Positions 18,167 through 26,200 of a stretch of DNA of 64,000 bases are shown here, in pieces. Position 1 is the first letter of the stretch, and every line of letters starts with the position of its first letter. The notes under the pieces are model-generated. The model was not told the origin of the DNA. It did not search any database and saw only the letters and a list, made by a program, of their open reading frames with translations. Source of the stretch: Geopsychrobacteraceae bacterium (GTDB taxonomy: Bacteria; Desulfobacterota; Desulfuromonadia; Desulfuromonadales; Geopsychrobacteraceae); assembly GCA_963676795.2 (NCBI GenBank), contig CAXXTB010000002.1:192001-256000 (forward strand), written 5' to 3'. The position numbers and the translations under genes are program-made.

Positions 18167-19059
18167 TGAGCGGTGTTGATCAGGCAGGGACCTTGCGCAG
18201 CATGCGCGACAAACTTGAGCCAGTGGACAGTGAACTGCACATGGGGACGACCCGGGTTCTGTCTGTGACCAGCGGCAAGGGCGGAGTCGGCAAGACGGCC
18301 GTAACCTCGAACGTTGCGGTGACCCTTGCCCGCCAGGGTTTGAAGGTGCTGGTCATCGACGCCGACCTGGGGCTGGCCAACATCGATGTGGTCCTCGGTC
18401 TGTCACCGACCTACAACCTGAATCATTTCTTCAACGGTGAACGCTCCCTTGAAGAGGTCATGATCGAAGGCCCCTACGGGCTGAAGATCCTGCCCGCCGG
18501 CTCTGGTGTCCAGCAGTATACCCGACTCGACAGCCAGCTGAAGATGCGCCTGATTGAAGCGCTCGACGGCCTTGGCGAGCACTTTGATGTGGTGCTGATC
18601 GATACCGAAGCGGGAATCTCCGACAACGTCACCTATTTCAACGTTGCGGCTCAGGACATCCTGGTCGTGACCACCCCGGAGCCGACCGCGATCACCGACG
18701 CCTACGCGCTGATGAAGCTGCTCTCGACCCAGTACCACCAGAAACGCTTCCTGCTGGTTGTCAACTCGGTGCGCAACGCCGACGAAGGGCTCGATGTCTT
18801 TGAAAAGCTGACCATGGTTTCAGGGCGATACCTCGATATCTATCTCGATTACCTGGGCTGTATCCCCTACGACAAAAAGATGCATGAATCGGTCCGCCAA
18901 CAGAAGGTCATGGTCGATCTGTTTCCCGATCACAAGGTCGCCAGGGCCTTCACCGAGCTGGCCGAGACTCTGGCTGACATGCCGATCAACAATCAGGCGC
19001 AGGGAACTCTGCAATTCTTCTGGAAGCAGTTTCTGGGAGTGGGGACGGAGGTAAGCTGA
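18163..19059 (+). CDS. flhG: MinD-like ATPase FlhG/FleN
   Basis: DQAGTLR N-terminus, SGKGGVGKT, DADLGLANID, TPEPTAITDAYA. Confidence 0.96.
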   Translation: MMSGVDQAGTLRSMRDKLEPVDSELHMGTTRVLSVTSGKGGVGKTAVTSNVAVTLARQGLKVLVIDADLGLANIDVVLGLSPTYNLNHFFNGERSLEEVMIEGPYGLKILPAGSGVQQYTRLDSQLKMRLIEALDGLGEHFDVVLIDTEAGISDNVTYFNVAAQDILVVTTPEPTAITDAYALMKLLSTQYHQKRFLLVVNSVRNADEGLDVFEKLTMVSGRYLDIYLDYLGCIPYDKKMHESVRQQKVMVDLFPDHKVARAFTELAETLADMPINNQAQGTLQFFWKQFLGVGTEVS

Positions 19060-19814
19060 TGACCAACAGCTATGGCCCGCCGGGAGCTGTCGAGCGGGAA
19101 AAAATGATCGAATCCCATCTGTCGCTGGTCGATTTTCTGGTTGACCGGATGATGACCCAGGTGCCGGCTTTTGTCGACCGTGAGGATATCCGCAGCGCCG
19201 CGCTGATGGGGTTGATGGATGCGGCCAACCGCTTCGACCCGCGCCGTGGCGTTCTGTTCAAGACCTTTGCCGAACGGCGGATCCGCGGTTCGGTGTTCGA
19301 TGAGGTCAGACGCATGGACTGGTTCTCCAGAACCTTGAGAGAGAAGCAGTCGCGGCTGTCAAGGGCGACTGAAGATCTGGCCAAAAGACTCGGACGCACC
19401 CCGGAGGATCCCGAACTGGCCGAGTATCTGGAGATGACCCTGGACGATTTCCGTGAGCTGCAGCTGCAGGTCAGTCAGCTCGGTTATGTCAGCCTGAACG
19501 AAAATCTCGATGAGGACGACACCAACAGTCAGTCGTTTATCGACAATCTGGAAGATACCAGCCTGGTCAGTGTTCAGGAACGGATGGAAGCCAACGAACT
19601 GACCAGGGAACTTGCCGGTTATCTCGAGCAGCTGTCCGATAAGGAGCGGTTGGTCATTGCCCTGCTCTACTACGAGGAGCTGTCCCAGAAGGAGATCTCT
19701 GAAGTTCTGGAGCTGTCGGAAGGGCGGATCTCCCAGCTGCACAGCCAGGCTCTGAGCAAGCTCAAAGGCAAGATGCGCCGCAGTATCTATGCCCAGCGCG
19801 GAGAGCAGGGATGA
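19059..19814 (+). CDS. fliA: RNA polymerase sigma-28 FliA
   Basis: FKTFAERRIRGSVFDEVR, LYYEELSQKEI, EGRISQLHSQA. Confidence 0.96.
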   Translation: MTNSYGPPGAVEREKMIESHLSLVDFLVDRMMTQVPAFVDREDIRSAALMGLMDAANRFDPRRGVLFKTFAERRIRGSVFDEVRRMDWFSRTLREKQSRLSRATEDLAKRLGRTPEDPELAEYLEMTLDDFRELQLQVSQLGYVSLNENLDEDDTNSQSFIDNLEDTSLVSVQERMEANELTRELAGYLEQLSDKERLVIALLYYEELSQKEISEVLELSEGRISQLHSQALSKLKGKMRRSIYAQRGEQG

Positions 19815-20179
19815 TGTCTGTCGGACTCTGGCTGACCTGTGCGGCGCTCTTTGTTGCACTTGCGGCGCTGCTGTTGAGTGTTTTCCTGCTGAGCGGGCAG
19901 CGACAGCTCAGGCTCCAGATCCGTGAGCTGGAAAGCAAAGAGAAGGAGCCGTCACGCGAGAGTTTCGATGCGCGTCTCGTGGTGGCCGAGGAAGAGTACC
20001 ATCGGCAGCTGGCGACAGGCGCCGGGACCGCAGAAAAGTATCGTCTCGTCGAGGTCCTCTCCAGTCAGGGGCGCAGCAACGGCGAGATCGCCGAGCAACT
20101 CAGGATGTCGGACAGTGAAGTTGCCCAGCTGCTCAGTCTGGTCCGCTTGAAGCAGAACCACAATCAGGCCGGACACTAA
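19811..20179 (+). CDS. Membrane-anchored protein with C-terminal HTH-like motif (SwrB/DUF2802-like)
   Basis: N-terminal TM, coiled coil, GRSNGEIAEQLRMSDSEVAQLL; overlaps the fliA stop. Confidence 0.6.
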   Translation: MMSVGLWLTCAALFVALAALLLSVFLLSGQRQLRLQIRELESKEKEPSRESFDARLVVAEEEYHRQLATGAGTAEKYRLVEVLSSQGRSNGEIAEQLRMSDSEVAQLLSLVRLKQNHNQAGH

Positions 20180-20204
20180 AGAAATGACGAGAAGCTGTCG
20201 ACAA
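20177..20204 (+). promoter_or_regulatory. Sigma28-type promoter upstream of flgF
   Basis: TAAA-N16-GTCGACAA; shares CTAAAGAAA...GTCGA with the 24941 promoter. Confidence 0.55.
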
Positions 20205-20233
20205 GAATGGCAGATCAAGATGGAGTCTTAACC

Positions 20234-20959
20234 ATGCCGAGTGGAAAATATGGAGCCATATCCGGTGCCGTAGGGCGGATGGAGATGCTGGACAGGATCA
20301 GTGAGCATCTGGCTGCGGCCAAGACCCCCGGCTACAAGAAGGGGGTATCAACCTTCGCGGCCAAGCTGGGGGAAGCGACCTCGGGGATGGCAACCAGTGC
20401 GACCAACTATACGCAGGTGACCAGGGAAGAGATCGATTTCACCCATGGGGTCATGGAATACAGTGGTGATCCCCTTGATCTGGCGATCAACGGAGAAGGT
20501 TTCTTTCAGATACAGCGTCCCGACGGAACCCTTGGTTACACGCGTAAAGGGAATTTTCAGCTTACCGGCGAGGGGCAGCTGGTCGACAGCAACGGCTTTC
20601 CGCTGATGGGAGCCGGCGGGCCGATCACCCTGACCACCTCGGATGTCGACATCCTTCCCGATGGTTCGATCTGGGAAGGGGAACAGCAGCGTGGCCAGAT
20701 ACCGCTCTATCAGTTTGAGGATACCTCGATTCTGGAACGCGCCGGCAATGAACTGTTCGTCGCCTCAGACGGAAGTCAGCCGACGCTGATGGCACAGCCG
20801 GAGATGGTCCAGAAAAACCTCGAGACCTCGAATGTCGACATGATGCGTGAAATGATGCATATGACGACCAATATGCGCGCTTTCGAGGCGACCCAGAAGG
20901 CCTTGAGGATTTACAGCGATATGAATGCCAAGGCCTCGGACATCGGCCTGGTTCAATAA
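20234..20959 (+). CDS. flgF: Flagellar basal-body rod protein FlgF
   Basis: TPGYKK, PLDLAINGEGFF, YTRKGNF, LETSNV; SD GGAG at 20222; precedes flgG. Confidence 0.9.
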   Translation: MPSGKYGAISGAVGRMEMLDRISEHLAAAKTPGYKKGVSTFAAKLGEATSGMATSATNYTQVTREEIDFTHGVMEYSGDPLDLAINGEGFFQIQRPDGTLGYTRKGNFQLTGEGQLVDSNGFPLMGAGGPITLTTSDVDILPDGSIWEGEQQRGQIPLYQFEDTSILERAGNELFVASDGSQPTLMAQPEMVQKNLETSNVDMMREMMHMTTNMRAFEATQKALRIYSDMNAKASDIGLVQ

Positions 20960-20981
20960 GGATTGACCTAAGGAGTCAGCA

Positions 20982-21767
20982 ATGATCAGAGCACTTTGGA
21001 CAGCTTCAACCGGGATGCAGGCCCAGCAGTTAAATATGGACGTTATCGCCAACAACCTGGCCAACGTCAACAGCTCCGGTTTCAAGAAAAGTCGTCCCGA
21101 TTTTCAGGATATCCTCTATCAGACCACCAAGGCGGCCGGTACCGGCGCCGCTGGAGGGGAAACCCCGACCGGTGTTCAGGTCGGTCTCGGTGCCAGGGTC
21201 GCTTCGGTGACCAAGGTGTTTACCACTGGCGATTTCCAGCAGACCGAGAACGAGCTGGATGTAGCCATCGAAGGGAGCGGTTTCTTTCAGGTGACCCTGC
21301 CTGACGGGACCGACGCTTATACCCGCTCCGGTGCGCTCAAGAAGGACAGCACCGGCCAGCTGGTGACTTCGGACGGCTATCCGATCGTGCCGCAGATCGT
21401 TATCCCGGAGAATACGACCGCGGTGACGATTACCAGTGACGGTACCGTCAGTGTCCTGCTCGATGGCCAGAGTGTTCCGACCGAGGTCGGTAACTTCGAG
21501 CTGATCCGCTTCGGCAACCCTTCCGGGCTGAAGAGCCTGGGGCGCAATCTCTACGCGGAAACACCGACCACCGGTGCCCCGGTTGCCGGGACCCCGGGAA
21601 GCGAAGGCTTCGGCACCCTGTCGCAGGGCTTTCTTGAAGGGTCGAACGTCAACATCATGGAAGAGATGGTCAATATGATCGCCGGCCAGCGCGCCTATGA
21701 GGTCAACTCCAAGGCGATTACTACAGCCGACCAGATGCTGGAAATGACCTCGCAGCTGGTTCGTTAA
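20982..21767 (+). CDS. flgG: Flagellar distal rod protein FlgG
   Basis: MIRALWTASTGMQAQQ, ANNLANV, FQDILYQ, QRAYEVNSKAI. Confidence 0.98.
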   Translation: MIRALWTASTGMQAQQLNMDVIANNLANVNSSGFKKSRPDFQDILYQTTKAAGTGAAGGETPTGVQVGLGARVASVTKVFTTGDFQQTENELDVAIEGSGFFQVTLPDGTDAYTRSGALKKDSTGQLVTSDGYPIVPQIVIPENTTAVTITSDGTVSVLLDGQSVPTEVGNFELIRFGNPSGLKSLGRNLYAETPTTGAPVAGTPGSEGFGTLSQGFLEGSNVNIMEEMVNMIAGQRAYEVNSKAITTADQMLEMTSQLVR

Positions 21768-21776
21768 GGTAAGCAT

Positions 21777-22481
21777 ATGAAGAGCTTGGCCCAGTTGATA
21801 GTTCTGCTGTTTTTCTGTTCATCGGTTTTCGCCGCCCAGCCGGGTGTGCTGATCGACAGGCAGGAAATGTTACAGCTGGTGAACGATTATCTGGCCGACC
21901 AGTCACGACAACTTCCGAATGTTCAGCTGAAGCTTGCCGATGCTTCGTTCCCTGCCGCGTTTGAGGTTCCGCAGGGGCGCATTGAGCATCAGCTGATCCC
22001 CTCCCGTCCTGGCGTTATCGGCAGCAGCAGGTTGACCCTGATGACCAGGGTCGATGGCCAGATTGTCGCCAACCAGTCGATCCGCGTCGACCTGCAGGCC
22101 CTGGCCGAGGTCGTTGTGGCCAGTGAAAACCTGACCCGCGGCGAGTTGCTCGATGCCGGGCGGGTCGAGCTGGTCTATCTGGATATCTCCAGGCTGCGTG
22201 GACCGATTTTCAGCGTCGAAGATGTCGTCGGCAAGCGGGTCAAGCGTTCCGTACGGCTCGGCGATGTTCTCGAACAGCAGCAGGTGGAGTTTCCTCCTGT
22301 GGTCAAGCGTGGTGAGCGGGTGACGATTCAGGCTCACGGCCGTGGCCTGGTGCTGACCGCCGTCGGCGAAGCCAAACAGGATGGTCGTATCGGAGAATCG
22401 ATCCGGGTGCTCAACAGCGGCTCGCGCAATGAGGTGCTCTGCCAGGTGGTTGCTCCCGGTCAGGTTCAGGTGGAGTTTTAG
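21777..22481 (+). CDS. flgA: P-ring formation chaperone FlgA
   Basis: Signal peptide, SAF domain, VKRGERV...GEAKQDGRIGESIRVLN. Confidence 0.93.
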   Translation: MKSLAQLIVLLFFCSSVFAAQPGVLIDRQEMLQLVNDYLADQSRQLPNVQLKLADASFPAAFEVPQGRIEHQLIPSRPGVIGSSRLTLMTRVDGQIVANQSIRVDLQALAEVVVASENLTRGELLDAGRVELVYLDISRLRGPIFSVEDVVGKRVKRSVRLGDVLEQQQVEFPPVVKRGERVTIQAHGRGLVLTAVGEAKQDGRIGESIRVLNSGSRNEVLCQVVAPGQVQVEF

Positions 22482-22482
22482 G

Positions 22483-23160
22483 ATGAAATATCTCGCTCTT
22501 TTAGTTCTGGGTGCCCTGCTCGGTGCCTGTGCAGGCCCTGCGGCCAATGTCGATCTCGATGTCAAGCCGGTAGAGCCGATCGTCACCGAGATTCCAATGC
22601 CGAAATCGACGGGTTCGCTGTGGACCGAACCGCGCGGCACCATGTTCCTTGATAACAAGGGGCGCGCCGTCGGCGATATCGTCACCGTAGTGATTTCGGA
22701 AAGCGCCAGCGCCAGTAAGGAAGCGACCACCTCGACGGGACGTTCAAGTGACATGTCGGCCGGCATTACAAGTCTGCTGGGGCTGGAAAGATCGATCAGC
22801 CAGGCAACCAGTATGGATCCTTCCGCTCTGGTTGATGCGAGCACCAGTAACTCGTTCTCCGGCAGCGGCAAAACGGCGCGCAAGGAAAATCTGGTCGCAA
22901 CCCTGACCACCCAGGTTATAGAAGTGATGCCGAACGGCAACCTGCGCATCGAGGGGAATAAGACGGTCACGGTCAACAGTGAGATGCAGATCGTGACCCT
23001 GAGCGGGATCGTGCGCTCCAGCGATATCACCCCGGGGAACCTGGTCGATTCGGCTGATGTGCTCAATGCTCGGATCGCCTACGTCGGCAAAGGGGTGATC
23101 AGCGACAAGCAGCAGCAGGGGTGGTTGGTCCGCGGCCTGGACGCAGTATGGCCGTTTTAG
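22483..23160 (+). CDS. flgH: Flagellar L-ring lipoprotein FlgH
   Basis: Lipobox LLGAC, GSLW, GDIVTV, PNGNLRIEG, GWL. Confidence 0.96.
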   Translation: MKYLALLVLGALLGACAGPAANVDLDVKPVEPIVTEIPMPKSTGSLWTEPRGTMFLDNKGRAVGDIVTVVISESASASKEATTSTGRSSDMSAGITSLLGLERSISQATSMDPSALVDASTSNSFSGSGKTARKENLVATLTTQVIEVMPNGNLRIEGNKTVTVNSEMQIVTLSGIVRSSDITPGNLVDSADVLNARIAYVGKGVISDKQQQGWLVRGLDAVWPF

Positions 23161-23166
23161 GGGTAG

Positions 23167-23285
23167 GGCCGATGAGAAGCACCCATCTGCGGCGTTGCCC
23201 TTGCTTCGGCTCAACGACGTAGCTGGCGCTACGCCTTATTCGCCGAATCTGCGAGCGCCTTGCATCTTGGCAGTTTTGATCGGCC
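23167..23285. mobile_element. About 119-bp non-coding MITE/REP-like element with terminal inverted repeats
   Basis: Ends GGCCGATGAGAA and TTTTGATCGGCC (10/12 inverted match); internal stems TTCGGC/GCCGAA and CGTAGC/GCTACG; GGTAGGG present on both flanks. Confidence 0.6.
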
Positions 23286-23346
23286 TCGGTAGGGGCGTGG
23301 AAAATTAAGGAAGCAAAGCTCTGTCAGAATTAAGTGGGAGCTCGTT

Positions 23347-24462
23347 ATGGTAAATCGAATTTCTGTCAACAAAGTCATCATCACTCTGCTCGTACTCTGG
23401 GCGGTTGTTCTGCTTTCGACGGCGGATGCCTCGCGGATCAAGGAACTGGCCCAGATTGAAGGGGTACGGGCCAACCAGCTGGTCGGCTACGGCCTGGTGG
23501 TCGGTCTGAACGGCACCGGCGACAGCGCCAGTACCGAATTCACCGTACAGTCGCTGGCCAATATGATGGAACGGCTCGGGGTGACCGTCGATCCTGAAGC
23601 AGTCACCGTCGAAAATGTCGCTGCTGTCATGGTCACTGCGGAGCTTCCGGCTTTTGCCCGGGCCGGAAGTTCGATCGATGTCACCGTCTCGTCGATCGGC
23701 GATGCGGAGAATCTGGCCGGCGGGACTTTGCTGATGACACCGCTCAAGGCGGGGGACGGTCAGGTCTATGCCGTCGCTCAGGGGGCGCTGGTAGTCGGCT
23801 CGCTGGCTTTCGGCGGCAAGGCCGCCAAAGTGCAGAAGAACCATCCGACCGCTGGCCGTATTCCGGGCGGGGCTTTTGTCGAGCGGGAGGTCCCTTTTGT
23901 CTTCGGCCAGGACTCGGCATTGAACTATCGCCTCAAGGATGCCGATTTTACCACCATGTCACGGATGACTGCGGCGGTGAACAGTCATTTCGGTGGCCCC
24001 TATGCGAAAGCGCTCGATGGCGGTGAGATGACCGTCCAGATTCCGAAAAGTTACCAGAATAATATCGTCGCTTTTGTCGCCGATCTGGAACGCCTGGAAG
24101 TGGCCCCGGATACCCTGGCGCGGATTGTTGTCAACGAAAAGACCGGTACTATCGTCATGGGTGAAAATGTCAGAATTTCGACAGTGGCGGTTTCTCACGG
24201 CAATCTCAGTCTGATTATCAGTGAATCCGAAGATGTCTCTCAGCCGGCCCCCTTTTCCGAGGGAGAAACGGTTGTTTCCCCGCAGACTCAGGTCGGTGTG
24301 ACCGAGGAAGACGGTGAGCTGGTGGTCCTCCAGCAGGGGGTCAGTATCGGTGATGTCGCCTCTGCCCTGAATGCGATCGGTGCCTCTCCGCGCGACCTGA
24401 TTGCCATCTTTCAGGCGATCAAGGCAGCCGGTGCCATGTATGCTGACCTCGTAGTTCTGTAA
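23347..24462 (+). CDS. flgI: Flagellar P-ring protein FlgI
   Basis: NQLVGYGLVVGLNGTGD, NVAAVMVTA, GGTLLMTPL, VVNEKTGTIV. Confidence 0.98.
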   Translation: MVNRISVNKVIITLLVLWAVVLLSTADASRIKELAQIEGVRANQLVGYGLVVGLNGTGDSASTEFTVQSLANMMERLGVTVDPEAVTVENVAAVMVTAELPAFARAGSSIDVTVSSIGDAENLAGGTLLMTPLKAGDGQVYAVAQGALVVGSLAFGGKAAKVQKNHPTAGRIPGGAFVEREVPFVFGQDSALNYRLKDADFTTMSRMTAAVNSHFGGPYAKALDGGEMTVQIPKSYQNNIVAFVADLERLEVAPDTLARIVVNEKTGTIVMGENVRISTVAVSHGNLSLIISESEDVSQPAPFSEGETVVSPQTQVGVTEEDGELVVLQQGVSIGDVASALNAIGASPRDLIAIFQAIKAAGAMYADLVVL

Positions 24463-24482
24463 GCCGTTGCTTACAGAACCAC

Positions 24483-24515
24483 GAGATTTCAAATTTGAAA
24501 TCTCAGATTTCAGAT
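24483..24515 (+). repeat. Heptamer repeat array containing a perfect 22-bp palindrome
   Basis: GAGATTTCAAATTTGAAATCTC (24483-24504) followed by AGATTTCAGAT in the flgI-flgJ spacer. Confidence 0.85.
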
Positions 24516-24526
24516 AAGGTCGAATT

Positions 24527-24829
24527 ATGGATCACAATATTGATGCTGCCCAGCTGATCAGCCAGACAACCAGCCAGACTCCCAGGGTGAGTAAAGGGCA
24601 GGATCCGGAAAAACTCAAGGAGGTCTGCCAGCAGTTCGAGGCGATCTTTATTCAGCAGATCTACAAGGAGATGCGCAATACCATCCCGAATGAGGGGTAT
24701 ATCCCGCGCGGCAATGCGGATGACATGTATGCTCAGCTCCAGGATATGGAAGCGGCAAAAATAACCGCCGAGCGTGGCGGGATCGGCCTTGCCGAGATGA
24801 TGATGCAGCAGTTAATGGATGAAGAATGA
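24527..24829 (+). CDS. flgJ: Short FlgJ (rod-binding domain only)
   Basis: LKEVCQQFEAIF...MR...GGIGLAEMMMQQL; no muramidase domain. Confidence 0.9.
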   Translation: MDHNIDAAQLISQTTSQTPRVSKGQDPEKLKEVCQQFEAIFIQQIYKEMRNTIPNEGYIPRGNADDMYAQLQDMEAAKITAERGGIGLAEMMMQQLMDEE

Positions 24830-24940
24830 CCCAGCGAAAGCTCTGTGAGAGCTGGCGCAAGGTCATTTTTGCTGTTGGTTCTGGTCGCACTGCCTGTAAC
24901 GAATCCGTTACCTTTTGAAAGAATCCTTACAAAAAATCCC

Positions 24941-24968
24941 TAAAGAAACGCGCCCGATGAGTCGATAT
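24941..24968 (+). promoter_or_regulatory. Sigma28 (FliA) promoter for the hypothetical-flgM-flgN-flgKL operon
   Basis: TAAA-N16-GTCGATAT, one mismatch from TAAA-N16-GCCGATAT. Confidence 0.75.
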
Positions 24969-25000
24969 AGTTCCAAGGAGTAATCATGGAGGATTAAACG

Positions 25001-25540
25001 ATGGAACGTATCGACAGTACACAATCGTCAGCTCCGCTTGCAACCACATCGCAGGAAGCGAATAAAAACAATAAGTTAGAAAAGGAATCAGCGCCCATTG
25101 AGGATCGCGTGACCTTGAGTGAGCCTGGCTCCGCCGGGCAGACTTACGGCCCCGGGTTCAAAGTCGGTTCCGCTTATGATCTGTTGCGTAACCTGGTGAT
25201 CAAGACCCTTCAGGATCAGGGGGTACAGGTTCAGGTCAGTACCGGTGATACGACGATCGATCTGACGACCCTCTCTCCGGAAGAAGCCCAGAACCTGATC
25301 TCCGACGATGGCTACTTCGGCGTCGAAAAAACCTCTCAGCGGATCGTTGATTTTGCCATCAATGCCTTTGGTGGCGATCCGGCCCGGCTGCAGGAGATGA
25401 AAGACGCAATCGATCAGGGGTTCGCTGCTGCCCAGGACGCTTTCGGTGGAGAGTTGCCGGAAATTTCTCAGCAGACTTACGAAGCGATTATGGATAAACT
25501 GGATGCCTTTGCAACCCAGTTTGGGAATAACGAGGAATAG
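25001..25540 (+). CDS. Hypothetical protein, first gene of the flgM operon (possibly DUF5610-like C-terminus)
   Basis: SD GGAGG; S/T-rich N-terminus with DRVTLS; helical C-terminus GYFGVEKTSQRIVDFA...GGELPEISQQTY. Confidence 0.8.
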   Translation: MERIDSTQSSAPLATTSQEANKNNKLEKESAPIEDRVTLSEPGSAGQTYGPGFKVGSAYDLLRNLVIKTLQDQGVQVQVSTGDTTIDLTTLSPEEAQNLISDDGYFGVEKTSQRIVDFAINAFGGDPARLQEMKDAIDQGFAAAQDAFGGELPEISQQTYEAIMDKLDAFATQFGNNEE

Positions 25541-25549
25541 GAGGCCGTC

Positions 25550-25843
25550 ATGGTCGATAAAATCTACGGTGGAAAAGGGTTCGCCCCGCTCGGTTCGGTC
25601 GGTTATGCCGGCAAGGCCGGTGTGACCAAGAAATCCGACACCGGCGTCAAGACTGGGGACCGGGTCGATTTTTCCAGTGCTTTGCAAGAGGCCTCTAAGG
25701 CTCAGGAGAGCAGCTCTATGCAGGAAACAGCCAGAGCAGAAAGAATTCAGGCGCTCAAAAGCCAGATCGAGAATGGCACTTATCAGCCTGACCTTGAAAA
25801 GGTCGCCTCCAGTCTGCTGCCGTTCATCATGAAGGATGTCTGA
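25550..25843 (+). CDS. flgM: Anti-sigma-28 factor FlgM
   Basis: DRVDFS, RAERIQALKSQIENGTYQPDLEKVA. Confidence 0.93.
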   Translation: MVDKIYGGKGFAPLGSVGYAGKAGVTKKSDTGVKTGDRVDFSSALQEASKAQESSSMQETARAERIQALKSQIENGTYQPDLEKVASSLLPFIMKDV

Positions 25844-25845
25844 AA

Positions 25846-26199
25846 ATGACCGCCGTTGATGTCAGAACGCAACTCGAAACCCTGCTTGACCTGCTGCGTC
25901 AGGAGCGCGAATGCGCCATGGCTCTCGATATGCAGGGGCTGCAAGCGGTTGTCGAGAACAAGGAAGCTCTGCTGGCAGGGCTGACGCTTGAGCGTGAAGA
26001 TGTCGTCGGCCTGGAAGACCTTCTGCGCAAGATAGATAATGAAAACAGGCGTAACGCCTTTTTGCTCTGGACCGGCCTTAACTGGGTCCGGGATTTGATG
26101 GGCTTTTTCGGTAAGGCCGCCATGCCGCAGGTCTATGGACAGAGCGGCAGTTCCAGGACCCTGACACAAGGCGGACGCTTACTCTCCGGGAAGGTGTGA
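25846..26199 (+). CDS. flgN: Flagellar export chaperone FlgN
   Basis: Small helical protein between flgM and flgK; ENRRN motif, YG near C-terminus. Confidence 0.8.
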   Translation: MTAVDVRTQLETLLDLLRQERECAMALDMQGLQAVVENKEALLAGLTLEREDVVGLEDLLRKIDNENRRNAFLLWTGLNWVRDLMGFFGKAAMPQVYGQSGSSRTLTQGGRLLSGKV

Positions 26200-26200
26200 T

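Noticed and set aside
24527..24829. FlgJ lacking a muramidase domain as a pseudogene
   Set aside because: Single-domain FlgJ is normal outside beta- and gammaproteobacteria.
24825..24870. AGC-GAAA-GCT tetraloop plus GCGCAAG after flgJ, reminiscent of a c-di-GMP-I riboswitch
   Set aside because: It lacks the GGCAAA/GACGCAAA core and the second stem, and lies upstream of the sigma28 promoter. The AATGACC/GGTCATT stem followed by Ts is better explained as a weak terminator.
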